Source of the DNA: an uncultured Rikenellaceae bacterium
GTDB taxonomy: Bacteria; Bacteroidota; Bacteroidia; Bacteroidales; VadinHA17
NCBI GenBank assembly: GCA_963818525.1
Contig: CAWFSO010000004.1
Coordinates: forward strand, 49,624 to 113,623
DNA: 64,000 nt
Direction of reading: 5' to 3'
A program made the position numbers and the translations under genes. Positions within the stretch are counted from its first letter, which is position 1, and each line of letters opens with the position of its first letter. This document shows, one piece after another, positions 28,981 to 38,158 of this stretch. The notes under the pieces were generated by a model. The model searched no databases and had not been told where the DNA came from. It was given only the letters and a program-made list of their open reading frames with translations.

Positions 28981-30483
28981 CTACCCGCAGTGGAGGTATT
29001 CCTTAACCAGCCGGGCTATCGCCTCGTTGTTGCCGTAGAGTTCCTCACTCAGGCTCTTGTCATTGTATGACTTCAGCTTTGCAGCCAGGTTGTCTATCAC
29101 ACCTGCCGGGAAGATGCCGTCCTTCTCAAAATGGTGACGCAGGCTGAGCAGGGCATCTGCCGAATCCCAGCACGAAGCGGGAAGTGACTCGAGCTTCCTG
29201 GCCTCGGCCTTCGTCTTCTCCTTGAAAATATTGTAGTTGACATATAGCCTTTCTGCCATCTCGAGGGCACCCGGCATCTCAAGACCGTGCTGTATGGCCA
29301 CGGCTATGCCTGCCATCAGCATGTAGATGTCGGCCGAGCCGTCAGGAGAACGGAGCTCCACGGTCTGCCTTGATATCTTGTCTGCCACGCCTGCCGGCTC
29401 GGCCGGATTGGCATCATGGATCATCTGCGACGCACCCAGCCACCCCAGCGGTACCCTCACAAGCACCGACCGGTTGCGGTCGCCCCAGCAGATGTTCGTG
29501 GGGGCCTCCTGGTGCGGCACCAGCCTCAGGTAAGAGGTCGGTATGGTGTTGCCGAAGGCGGTCAGCCCCTTGCTCAGATCGAGGATACCGGCGATCATTT
29601 TCCGTGCGGTGTCACTCAGTTTTCCGTTTTCAATCATTATGTTGCGGCCATCCTTCTCCAGCATCAGGTGGATATGCATCCCCGAGCCGGCCTTCCCTAC
29701 TGTAATCTTCGGCGCGAAGCTGATCTCCACACCGTACTTATAACCCAGCATCCGCAGTATCCACTTGGCAATTATTATCTGTTCAACGGCCTCATCAAGC
29801 GGCACATGCAGGAACTCAATCTCATGCTGTTCGTAGTCGTCGCCGTCCTTCGAGAAGCTCCCTACCTCAGAGTGTCCGTACTTGATATGGCACCCTGCCC
29901 GCGCACACAGCTCCAGAGCCTCCACGCGCAGATCCTCGAACTTGGCAAAAGGCTTCGACTGATGATATCCCTTCTGGTCAAAAAGAGGATAGAGCTTGTC
30001 GCTCTCCGACCTGACGTAGTATTCAAGCTCTCCCAGGGCCCTGATGGTGTAGCCCGTGGCGGCAGAAAACCTCTGTATCGCTTTGCGTAGTATATATTCC
30101 GGAGAGCTCTCCAGGGGCTTCCCTTCAGAATTGTAAAACGAACAGAGGATCTCAAGAGTCGGCGTCTGGGCGAAGGGATTGACAAAGGCGGTGCGGTACC
30201 GTGGCATGACATAGAGGTCACTGGAACCGGCCTCAATGAACGAAAAGAGGCTGGAGCCGTCAACACGCTCGCCGGCGGTGAGAATGGAAGCAAGGTGATC
30301 ACGGCTGTAGGGCACGAAATTCAGCGACTTGAGCTTGCCGTCGCCGGCAGCATACCTGAAGTTGACCATCCTGATGCCCTTGGCCTCGATGAACCTGATG
30401 ATGTCTTCGGAGGTGAACTGGTCTGCCGGCTTCCTGAGAAACTGCACAAGCTCGTTGCGGCTCATAAGTATATCATTGTTCAT
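28981..30483 (-). CDS. Glutamine synthetase-family protein (glutamate-ammonia ligase-like, ~500 aa form)
   Basis: The ORF is trimmed to the MNNDILMSRNEL start. It has a beta-grasp N-domain (IRMVNFRYAAGDGKLKSLNF) and a catalytic region with GELEYYV, HSEVGSF, GSGMHIHLML and LRLVPHQEAP. Confidence 0.75.
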   Translation of the reverse strand: MNNDILMSRNELVQFLRKPADQFTSEDIIRFIEAKGIRMVNFRYAAGDGKLKSLNFVPYSRDHLASILTAGERVDGSSLFSFIEAGSSDLYVMPRYRTAFVNPFAQTPTLEILCSFYNSEGKPLESSPEYILRKAIQRFSAATGYTIRALGELEYYVRSESDKLYPLFDQKGYHQSKPFAKFEDLRVEALELCARAGCHIKYGHSEVGSFSKDGDDYEQHEIEFLHVPLDEAVEQIIIAKWILRMLGYKYGVEISFAPKITVGKAGSGMHIHLMLEKDGRNIMIENGKLSDTARKMIAGILDLSKGLTAFGNTIPTSYLRLVPHQEAPTNICWGDRNRSVLVRVPLGWLGASQMIHDANPAEPAGVADKISRQTVELRSPDGSADIYMLMAGIAVAIQHGLEMPGALEMAERLYVNYNIFKEKTKAEARKLESLPASCWDSADALLSLRHHFEKDGIFPAGVIDNLAAKLKSYNDKSLSEELYGNNEAIARLVKEYLHCG

Positions 30484-30626
30484 TATTTGCTGCTTTTTAA
30501 TGATGGGCAAATCTAAAAATTTCCGGATACAAAAAACAACACCTTTGTCATTATTGAATTTACTATTATGCCGTCCGGGGCATGTTGTCGTTTTTTTTCT
30601 AATTTTGGTCCGCACAACGGACCCGG

Positions 30627-31925
30627 ATGAAAAGACTGCTCTTCATTGCCGCTATTATTGTTCTCTCGTCATGCCACAGGGATGAGGGACTGGCCTGGTT
30701 TTCCGCCGGGAAGGCTGCCGAGTATTTCAGGCTGACAGAGGAGGTGTGCAATAATGACAACGGAAAGCTCTGGGGCGAGAACCTCTACGGGCCCGCAATG
30801 TATGTCGACAACCTCAACAGGGCAATATATGCCAATGTGGCCGACAAGGAGAACATTCTGAAAGCCCGCGAGGGGGTCTTCACCGGAGTGCTGCCCAAAG
30901 AGAGGATCATAACCAACAACGTGATCGAGTTCGGAGGTGTCAGGTACGCCATGGTGCCTCTTCCCGAAACGGAAGACCGTTACCGGATGGTCACCCGCAC
31001 AGTCCACAGCCTCTTCCACAGCTACCAGGAGAGGCATGTGCTTAAGCCCTCGACCTTCAGCACAAGACATCTGAACGACAAAAATGCGAGGCTCTATCTT
31101 AAGCTCGAGTGGAAAGCCCTGACCTACGCCATCGGCTCCTCCGGGGAGACGCGCAACCAGGCAATACGCGATGCGCTGGTCTTCCGCGGCGCCAGGCGCG
31201 AGCTCTTCCCTGAAGCTATTGCAGATGAGAACAAGTTTGAGAACTACGAGGGACTGACCACCTTCACCTATATTAAACTATGCACCTCCGGTCCCGATGA
31301 GCTGAAAAAGCGGATACTCGAATATCTTGACAGGATCTACCAGAACAACTCATACGCATGGGGATACGGGTTTGTGCACGGAGCTCTCTATGCCACCCTT
31401 CTTAACGACAAGGACTTCGACTTCAAACAGATACAGGAGTCAGACTTTGACCTGGGCAAGGCCGCGCTGGAGGCTTACGGTGTTACGCTGCCTGCCGTGT
31501 GCCGCGACGTTGCAGGATCGCTTGCGATGAACTATGACATACAGGCCATCAGGGCGGAAGAGAGCGAGCGCGAGGCGATGATCAATGAGAACACCCGCCG
31601 GATAGTGACGACATTCAATGAGAAGCCCGTTGTGACAATAACCATGGAGAGCCCGAACTTCAGCTTTGAGCCCGAGGATATCAACTTCCTCGATACCCTC
31701 GGCACCCTGTATGAGAAGCTCCGCGTGTCAGACAACTGGGGGAGGCTGGCAGTCAATGAGGGAGGCGCCCTCCTGACAAACGACCTTCATACGCTGAGGG
31801 TCAGTGCCAGGGATATTGTTGTGGATAAAAACCACATCTCCGGCGCCGGATGGCACCTGGTTCTCAACGACGGATGGCATGCCGTAGCCGAAGCCGACGG
31901 CAGTTATACGGTCACAAAAAATTAA
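30627..31925 (+). CDS. Hypothetical lipoprotein
   Basis: 432 aa with signal peptide and lipobox (IIVLSSCHRD). I recognise no family. Confidence 0.55.
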   Translation: MKRLLFIAAIIVLSSCHRDEGLAWFSAGKAAEYFRLTEEVCNNDNGKLWGENLYGPAMYVDNLNRAIYANVADKENILKAREGVFTGVLPKERIITNNVIEFGGVRYAMVPLPETEDRYRMVTRTVHSLFHSYQERHVLKPSTFSTRHLNDKNARLYLKLEWKALTYAIGSSGETRNQAIRDALVFRGARRELFPEAIADENKFENYEGLTTFTYIKLCTSGPDELKKRILEYLDRIYQNNSYAWGYGFVHGALYATLLNDKDFDFKQIQESDFDLGKAALEAYGVTLPAVCRDVAGSLAMNYDIQAIRAEESEREAMINENTRRIVTTFNEKPVVTITMESPNFSFEPEDINFLDTLGTLYEKLRVSDNWGRLAVNEGGALLTNDLHTLRVSARDIVVDKNHISGAGWHLVLNDGWHAVAEADGSYTVTKN

Positions 31926-31940
31926 ATCCCTTACTGCTGG

Positions 31941-32125
31941 TTCTTAAGGTGGGCGAGGCTCAGCTGTTTTGTCATCTCAGGCTTAGCTCAATCGGTCTTC
32001 AGGCCGGGCGTGGCTATATAATTTCATCTGGTGAGCCGGCGGGTTCTGTTATTTCAGAAGTGGCGCGGCTCAGCTGTTATTCAGGCCTGACGTGGCTATG
32101 TTATTTCTTCAGGTGGGCGAGGCTC
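31941..32125. repeat. Degenerate ~26-30-bp tandem repeats derived from, and running into, the 3' end of valS
   Basis: The valS terminal sequence ttcttcaggtgggcgaggctc (32104-) recurs as ttcttaaggtgggcgaggctcagctgtt (31941-) and ttcagaagtggcgcggctcagctgtt (32052-). These copies are interleaved with ttcaggccgggcgtggctat (31998-) and tcaggcctgacgtggctat (32080-). Confidence 0.75.
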
Positions 32126-34728
32126 TCCCTAAGCGTCGCTATCTTAGACCGTGCATCCGCCTCCTTCTTCCTCTCAAGCGTCAGGACCTTCTCCGGCGCA
32201 TTGGCGACGAACTTTTCGTTCGAGAGCTTCTGCATTACCGATGCGAGGAACCCCTCCGTGTAGGCCAGCTCCTCCTCCAGCTTCCTGATCTCATCCTCAT
32301 GGTCGATCCCGGCTGTCAGCGGCACGAAGAATTCAGAGGTGTGTATCCTGAATGAGGCCGCACCTTCAACTTTGCCTTCCACAATGCGTATCTCCGAGAG
32401 GTTGCACAGCCTGGTGATGACCTGGTCAAACTCCGTCCCGGTGGTGCCGGCGACGGCACAAAGTACCAGCGGCTCACGTACCGGAATATTTCTCTCCTTG
32501 CGTATTGCGCGCACTGCGGTAACTATCTCCTTCGCCGTCTCAAAGCGTGTCAGCATACCTGCCTCATAGGGTGCGGGAAGGGGCATCTGCTCAACCATGA
32601 TGCTCTCCCCCTCTTTCCTTTCACCCAGCCTCTGCCATATCTCCTCGGTGATAAAAGGCATGAACGGATGGATGATCTTCATCAGCGTCTCAAAGATCTC
32701 AAGTGTCTGTTTGTGAGTCTTGCCATCCATCGGCTCTTTGTAAGCTGGCTTAATAATCTCCAGGAACCATCCCGAGAAGTCATCCCAGAAGAGCTTGTAG
32801 GCCTGCATCAGCGCGTCGGAGATGCGGTAACGCACAAAGCTGTCATCGATATCCGCCAGCGTCTTGCTGATGGTGTCCTGCATCCAGTGCACCGCAGCCT
32901 TTGATGCCTCAGGCTGCTCAAGGGTCTCATCGGTGGGCATGGTTATCACGAGACGGAACGCGTTCCAGATCTTGTTGGCGAAGTTGCGGCCCTGCTCCGG
33001 CAGGCTGTCATCGTAAAGAAGATCATTGCCTGCAGGCGAACAGAGAAGCATGCCTACCCTCACGCCGTCAGCCCCGTACTTCTCCATGAGAGTGATTGGG
33101 TCAGGCGAGTTGCCGAGCGATTTCGACATCTTGCGCTTCTGCTTGTCACGCACGAGGCCGGTGAGGTATACATCATGGAATGGCTCCCTCCCGCGGTACT
33201 CATACCCTGCAATTATCATCCTGGCAACCCAGAAGAAGAGTATCTCCGGGGCGGTGACAAGGACATTCGATGGATAGTAATATTTTATGTCAGCATTGTC
33301 GGGGTCATTGATGCCGTTGAAGCATGTGATTGGCCAGAGCCATGATGAGAACCATGTGTCAAGGACATCTTCATCCTGCCTCAGGTCTTTCAGGGTAAGG
33401 TCCTGCCTGCCGCTGGCCTTGCGTGCCATGTCGAGAGCCTCCTCTTCGCTTTCGGCAACCACGAATTCATTGTTACTGTAATAATATGCCGGGATGCGCT
33501 GACCCCACCACAGCTGCCTGCTGATGCACCAGTCGCGGACATTCTCCATCCAGTGCCTGTAGACATTCCTGTACTTGTCGGGATAGAGACTCACGGTGTC
33601 ATCCATGACCGCCTCAAGGGCAGGCCTGGATAAATCCTTCATGCTCAGGAACCACTGCAGCGACAGCTTGGGTTCAATCACTGCATGGGTACGTTCCGAG
33701 CGCCCTACCTTATTTATATAATCCTCAACCCTGACGAGGGCTCCGGTTTTGCGGAGCTCCTCCTCCGCAAGCTTCCGGGCTTCGAACCGGTCAGTGCCGA
33801 CGAACAGTCCGGCCCTCTCGCTGATGGTTCCGTTATCATTGAAGATATCAATGGCTTCGAGGTTATACTTCACCCCTATCTCATAGTCGTTGATGTCATG
33901 CGCGGGAGTGATCTTCAGGCATCCCGTACCGAACTCCTTGTCGACATACTCGTCGAAGATGAATGGGACCTCACGCCCCGTCATCGGGACGATGACATGT
34001 TTTCCCTTCAGGCCGGCATAGCGCTCATCAGTCGGATTGGCGCAGACGGCCGTGTCGCCGAGGATGGTCTCAGGCCTGGTGGTGGCCACCATTACATAAT
34101 TATCCTCGCCCACTATTTTATAGCGCACGTAATAGAGCTTCGACTGCTCCTCGGTGTATATAACCTCCTCATCCGAGACGGCGGTCAGAGCCTGCGGATC
34201 CCAGTTGACCATGCGCACGCCTCTGTATATAAGGCCCTTTTTATACAGGTCGATGAAAACCCTGATCACTGATTTATACCGGTCGTCATCCATGGTGAAG
34301 AGGGTGCGGTCCCAGTCGCACGATGCCCCCAGGCGCTTGAGCTGCTCGAGGATGATGCCTCCGTGCTTGTGCGTCCACTCCCATGCATGGTCAATGAATT
34401 CCTCCCTCGATATTGACTTCTTGTCAATGCCTTCGCTGCGCAGCTTGGCAACAACCTTGGCCTCGGTGGCGATGCTTGCATGATCGGTGCCCGGCACCCA
34501 GCAGGCATTGAAACCCAGCATGCGTGCACGCCTGACAAGCACATCCTGGGTGGTGTTGTTCAGCATGTGACCCATGTGCAGCACCCCCGTCACATTTGGC
34601 GGCGGGATGATAATGGTATAAGGCGTTCTGCCGTCAGGGACACTGCGGAAAAAACCCTTATCCATCCAGTATTTGTACCATTTGTTCTCCGCGGCGGCGG
34701 GCTCATATTTTGAAGGAAGACCGGTCAT
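32101..34728 (-). CDS. valS: Valine--tRNA ligase
   Basis: 875 aa. It has the HIGH-type motif [18 protein letters not shown], an editing domain and a C-terminal coiled coil. Confidence 0.95.
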   Translation of the reverse strand: MTGLPSKYEPAAAENKWYKYWMDKGFFRSVPDGRTPYTIIIPPPNVTGVLHMGHMLNNTTQDVLVRRARMLGFNACWVPGTDHASIATEAKVVAKLRSEGIDKKSISREEFIDHAWEWTHKHGGIILEQLKRLGASCDWDRTLFTMDDDRYKSVIRVFIDLYKKGLIYRGVRMVNWDPQALTAVSDEEVIYTEEQSKLYYVRYKIVGEDNYVMVATTRPETILGDTAVCANPTDERYAGLKGKHVIVPMTGREVPFIFDEYVDKEFGTGCLKITPAHDINDYEIGVKYNLEAIDIFNDNGTISERAGLFVGTDRFEARKLAEEELRKTGALVRVEDYINKVGRSERTHAVIEPKLSLQWFLSMKDLSRPALEAVMDDTVSLYPDKYRNVYRHWMENVRDWCISRQLWWGQRIPAYYYSNNEFVVAESEEEALDMARKASGRQDLTLKDLRQDEDVLDTWFSSWLWPITCFNGINDPDNADIKYYYPSNVLVTAPEILFFWVARMIIAGYEYRGREPFHDVYLTGLVRDKQKRKMSKSLGNSPDPITLMEKYGADGVRVGMLLCSPAGNDLLYDDSLPEQGRNFANKIWNAFRLVITMPTDETLEQPEASKAAVHWMQDTISKTLADIDDSFVRYRISDALMQAYKLFWDDFSGWFLEIIKPAYKEPMDGKTHKQTLEIFETLMKIIHPFMPFITEEIWQRLGERKEGESIMVEQMPLPAPYEAGMLTRFETAKEIVTAVRAIRKERNIPVREPLVLCAVAGTTGTEFDQVITRLCNLSEIRIVEGKVEGAASFRIHTSEFFVPLTAGIDHEDEIRKLEEELAYTEGFLASVMQKLSNEKFVANAPEKVLTLERKKEADARSKIATLRESLAHLKK

Positions 34729-34731
34729 TGA

Positions 34732-34876
34732 ATTTGCGATTTGCGATTTGCGATTTGCGATTGGGGGATGTGGTGAGATTTGCGATTTGCGATTTGCGAT
34801 GGGGATGTGGTGAGATTTGCGATTGGTGGTTGTGATAAGATTTGCGACTGTCGATTTGCGATTTGCGATTGCGATT
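34732..34876. repeat. Heptamer microsatellite array (ATTTGCG)n with higher-order structure, abutting the valS start codon
   Basis: Four perfect ATTTGCG copies lie at 34732-34759. Then come GGGGGATGTGGTGAG, three copies, GGGGATGTGGTGAG and further interrupted copies. The array begins 3 nt from the valS ATG (34728). Confidence 0.9.
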
Positions 34877-35069
34877 AACAGTGATGCGTTAATTTATAAT
34901 TTACTGTGATATTTTATTGATAATAAATATATTACAAGCTCTCTTTGATTTATCGATTTATAAACCGGTATTTCAATATGTAAGGGGCAAAATTAACAAT
35001 TTGTTGCCATTATGGAAAAAGGAGAGTGAGCTTATGCCTAAAATCATGGTTCATTAAGGTGAATTTGAA

Positions 35070-35077
35070 TACATTTG
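35070..35077 (+). promoter_or_regulatory. Candidate Bacteroidota -7 promoter box (TAnnTTTG) for the aminotransferase gene
   Basis: TACATTTG lies 37 nt upstream of the ATG at 35114, in an AT-rich intergenic region. Confidence 0.35.
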
Positions 35078-35113
35078 CGCTTCATTTTGCAAATGGATTA
35101 AAGAGTATAAGTC

Positions 35114-36313
35114 ATGCCAAAGATCTCAGAAAAAGCCGGGAAAATGCCGGCATCGCCGATACGCAAACTCGTTCCCTATGCCGAGGAGGCAAAGCGTAAG
35201 GGCAGAAAGGTATACCACCTGAATATCGGGCAGCCTGATATCCACACTCCCGAACTGGCACTCAAGGCACTCAGGGAAACGGATATCAAGGTGATTGAAT
35301 ATACTCACTCCGCCGGGAATGAATCATACCGCCGCAAGCTGGCAGAGAGCTACCGGAAAATCGGCGTCGATGTTGACCACACTGAGATCATCGTCACAAC
35401 CGGTGGGTCCGAGGCAGTGCTGTTTGCATTCATGTCATGCCTCGATCCGGGTGAAGAGGTGATCACCTTCGAACCATTTTACGCCAACTATAACGGCTTT
35501 GCCACCTCTGCCGGAGTAACCATCGTACCGGTGAGGTCATTTATCGAAAATGACTTCGCACTGCCTCCCATCAGTGAGATCGAAAAGAAGATCACACCGA
35601 AGACAAAAGCCATCCTTATCTGCAACCCCAACAACCCGACAGGCTCACTCTATTCGAAGGAGGAGCTGATGCAGCTTCGAGACATAGTGAAGAAGTATGA
35701 CCTGTTCCTATTCTCTGACGAAGTGTACAGGGAGTTTTGCTACGGCGCAGACCATTTCTCAGCCATGGAGCTTGAGGGGATAAGGGAGAATGTGGTGCTA
35801 CTCGACTCTGTGTCAAAACGATACAGCATGTGCGGGGTGCGCATCGGCGCCCTGATCACCCACAACAGGGAGGTGCTGGCGGCCGCTCTAAAGTTCGGCC
35901 AGGCAAGGCTATGCCCTCCGGAGCTTGGACAGATAGTTGCCGAAGCGGCTCTTGACACGCCCAAAGAGTATTTTGATGCTGTCTACAATGAGTATATAGC
36001 CCGCCGCGACTTCATGGTCGAGGCTCTTAACAATATGCCGGGCGTCTATTGCCCGATGCCCCGCGGTGCTTTCTATACGGTGGTGAAGCTGCCGATAGAC
36101 GACTCCGACAGGTTCGCGCAGTGGCTGCTTGAGGACTTCAGTTACAACAACCAGACGGTGATGGTGGCGCCCGCAACGGGGTTCTATTTCACTCCCGGCG
36201 CCGGCAAGAACGAGGTGCGTGTTGCCTATGTGCTGAAGATCGATGACCTCCGCAAGGCGATGGAAACCCTGGCCGAGGCGCTGAAGGTCTACCCGGGAAG
36301 AATTATGAATTAA
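35114..36313 (+). CDS. PLP-dependent class I/II aminotransferase (aspartate/aromatic aminotransferase-like)
   Basis: 399 aa. It has the PLP-lysine motif SVSKRYSMCGVRIG, plus NPNNPTGSLYS and DEVYREF blocks. Confidence 0.88.
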   Translation: MPKISEKAGKMPASPIRKLVPYAEEAKRKGRKVYHLNIGQPDIHTPELALKALRETDIKVIEYTHSAGNESYRRKLAESYRKIGVDVDHTEIIVTTGGSEAVLFAFMSCLDPGEEVITFEPFYANYNGFATSAGVTIVPVRSFIENDFALPPISEIEKKITPKTKAILICNPNNPTGSLYSKEELMQLRDIVKKYDLFLFSDEVYREFCYGADHFSAMELEGIRENVVLLDSVSKRYSMCGVRIGALITHNREVLAAALKFGQARLCPPELGQIVAEAALDTPKEYFDAVYNEYIARRDFMVEALNNMPGVYCPMPRGAFYTVVKLPIDDSDRFAQWLLEDFSYNNQTVMVAPATGFYFTPGAGKNEVRVAYVLKIDDLRKAMETLAEALKVYPGRIMN

Positions 36314-36330
36314 AAATTAAGAATTAAGAG

Positions 36331-36699
36331 TTATTGGCTAGGGTCAGGATGAAGTTTCTGAGTCATTGTCTTTTTTATTGACCCTGTTATCTTTAACAAC
36401 TCTTCAAGATCTGTCATAAGTTCTTCTGCCTCAGGTTTTTCTATAAGATCAGAATCCCTCAGTAGCTTGAGCCAGAATATAGTTTCACGGCATTCTTTAT
36501 ATGATATGCTGATTTTTGACAGAAAATCTCGCTCTGATTGACCTCCGACAGCCTCTTCAATATTAGCGGCGATAGATGTACCGCTTCTCAGGATCTGACG
36601 TGACAATTCAAATTCGTTCTGATTTTTAAGTGAAAGGTACAATCTTACAATTTTCAAAGCCAGGGCATAACTCTTCTCTATTGCAATATTTTCCTTCAT
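36331..36699 (-). CDS. Four-helix-bundle protein (23S rRNA intervening-sequence protein family)
   Basis: 122 aa. Family-typical sequence is YALALKIVRLYLSLK...LSRQILRSGTSIAANIEEAVGGQSERDFLSKISISYKECRETIFWLKLL. The gene is visibly more AT-rich than its neighbours. Confidence 0.8.
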   Translation of the reverse strand: MKENIAIEKSYALALKIVRLYLSLKNQNEFELSRQILRSGTSIAANIEEAVGGQSERDFLSKISISYKECRETIFWLKLLRDSDLIEKPEAEELMTDLEELLKITGSIKKTMTQKLHPDPSQ

Positions 36700-36741
36700 A
36701 ACCCCCTCATTACAAATTTCTTAATTCTTAATTATTAACTC

Positions 36742-37917
36742 TTAATTATATATAAGGTACTTCGCGCGGATGATCTTGAATTGATCAAGCCCCTCCTTCC
36801 ACGTGGCTTTGATCTCTTCCGCCGTCATACCCTGGATTATCTGCTCACGCAATGTGCTGCTGCCTGCCAGGGTGTCAAAATATCCGTTGAAGAAACTCTC
36901 TTTCTCAGGATAGGCATTGTAGGCATCAATGATCCATCCGAGGTTCATCTCCGGCTTCGGAACGATGCCGTCAGTCAGCGCGTTCCGCAGGTCGGTGCCA
37001 TAACACACCACCCCGTTATGCTTCGGGTTCGATGCACCGAAAGTGGGTTGCGGCGTGAAGCTGAAGCCTGTGTCGGGCATCTTCGGCGCCCCCAGCACCT
37101 GGAACGGAAACTCCGTACCCCTGCCGCACGAGAGCACTGTCCCTTCGGCAAAACATAAAGAAGGATAGAGATAGATCGAATTCATGTTGGGGAGGTTGGG
37201 CGACGGTATGACCGGCAGCTCATACATCGTTGCATGAGTATAGTTTTCGCATTGAATAACCTTAAGATCGCACTTCACACCCTTTGCCAGCCACCCCTCT
37301 CCGTTGACCATCCCGGCATATTCGCCCAGCGTCATCCCATGCACCACGGGGATAGGGTGTATCCCCACAAAGGAACTGTATCCGGCGGTGTCAAGGATGG
37401 GTCCGTCAACATAGAAACCATTGGGATTGGGACGGTCGAGGACGATGAACTGCTTGCCGTTCTCGGCACAGGCCTCCATGACGTAACACATTGTGGTCAG
37501 ATAGGTGTAGAACCTTGTCCCAACATCCTGGATGTCAAAGATGACGACATCGATTCCTTCAAGGTCTTCAGCCGCCGGTTTCTTCTTGTTTCCATAGAGA
37601 CTCATAACATTGATGCCCGTGACGGGATCGGTACCTGAGGTTATTTCCGCACCGGCATCGGCCAGGTCCCTGAAGCCGTGCTCAGGAGCGAAGATCAGTT
37701 TTATGTTTGCACCCAGCGAGAGCAGGGTGTCAATCAGATGGGCACCGCCAACCATTGAGGTCTGGTTGGCCACCACGGCAACCGTTTTGCCTCCAATCAG
37801 CGGGAGGTACTCGCTGATTCGCTCAGCGCCGGTCGTGAGCCTGTTGTCATTTTTGTCAGCTGAACATGCCGTGCCGGCCGTCACCAGAAGAAAGGTCAGT
37901 ATGAAAAGGTTCTTCAT
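36742..37917 (-). CDS. DUF1343-family protein (exo-beta-N-acetylmuramidase NamZ-like)
   Basis: The ORF is trimmed to the MKNLFILTFLLVTAGTACS signal peptide. Family-like blocks are VAVVANQTSMVGGAHLIDTL, IFAPEHGFRD, VIFDIQDVGTRFYTY and VLDRPNPNG. Confidence 0.7.
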   Translation of the reverse strand: MKNLFILTFLLVTAGTACSADKNDNRLTTGAERISEYLPLIGGKTVAVVANQTSMVGGAHLIDTLLSLGANIKLIFAPEHGFRDLADAGAEITSGTDPVTGINVMSLYGNKKKPAAEDLEGIDVVIFDIQDVGTRFYTYLTTMCYVMEACAENGKQFIVLDRPNPNGFYVDGPILDTAGYSSFVGIHPIPVVHGMTLGEYAGMVNGEGWLAKGVKCDLKVIQCENYTHATMYELPVIPSPNLPNMNSIYLYPSLCFAEGTVLSCGRGTEFPFQVLGAPKMPDTGFSFTPQPTFGASNPKHNGVVCYGTDLRNALTDGIVPKPEMNLGWIIDAYNAYPEKESFFNGYFDTLAGSSTLREQIIQGMTAEEIKATWKEGLDQFKIIRAKYLIYN

Positions 37918-38084
37918 AATATCTTCGTTTTCGGTAAAGTTAAAAAAGCCGCGCAGAATGACCAAAGAATCCGTAAAGTCGGCTAAAAACTGTTAAAGAC
38001 TCGTTCAAATACCAGTCGATGACGATAGGAGTCGTCCGGCTATCATGCAGTCAGGAATACAGACCGGCTACTTCACTGCCAGTA

Positions 38085-38150
38085 ATTCATTCAATTCGCA
38101 ATTCATAATTGCAATCGCAAATCGCAAATCTTAAATCGAAATTCCTAATT
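38085..38150. repeat. Degenerate heptamer array (AATCGCA-type) immediately upstream of the lolE-like gene
   Basis: The sequence reads aattcgc aattcat aattgca atcgcaa atcgcaa atcttaa atcgaaa ttcctaa. It has the same orientation relative to its downstream gene as the valS array. Confidence 0.8.
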
Positions 38151-38158
38151 TTGCCCTG

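Noticed and set aside
31850-32263. A 137-aa plus-strand ORF crossing the lipoprotein-valS intergenic region.
   Set aside because: It runs through the degenerate tandem repeats and into antisense valS. The repeat structure explains the open frame, and no coding signal is visible.
34732-34876. Possible CRISPR array, because of the regularly repeated short sequence with interspersed unique-looking segments.
   Set aside because: The repeat unit is only 7 bp, and the apparent spacers are themselves repeated (GGGGATGTGGTGAG twice). No cas genes are present. It is a microsatellite with higher-order duplication, not a CRISPR array.
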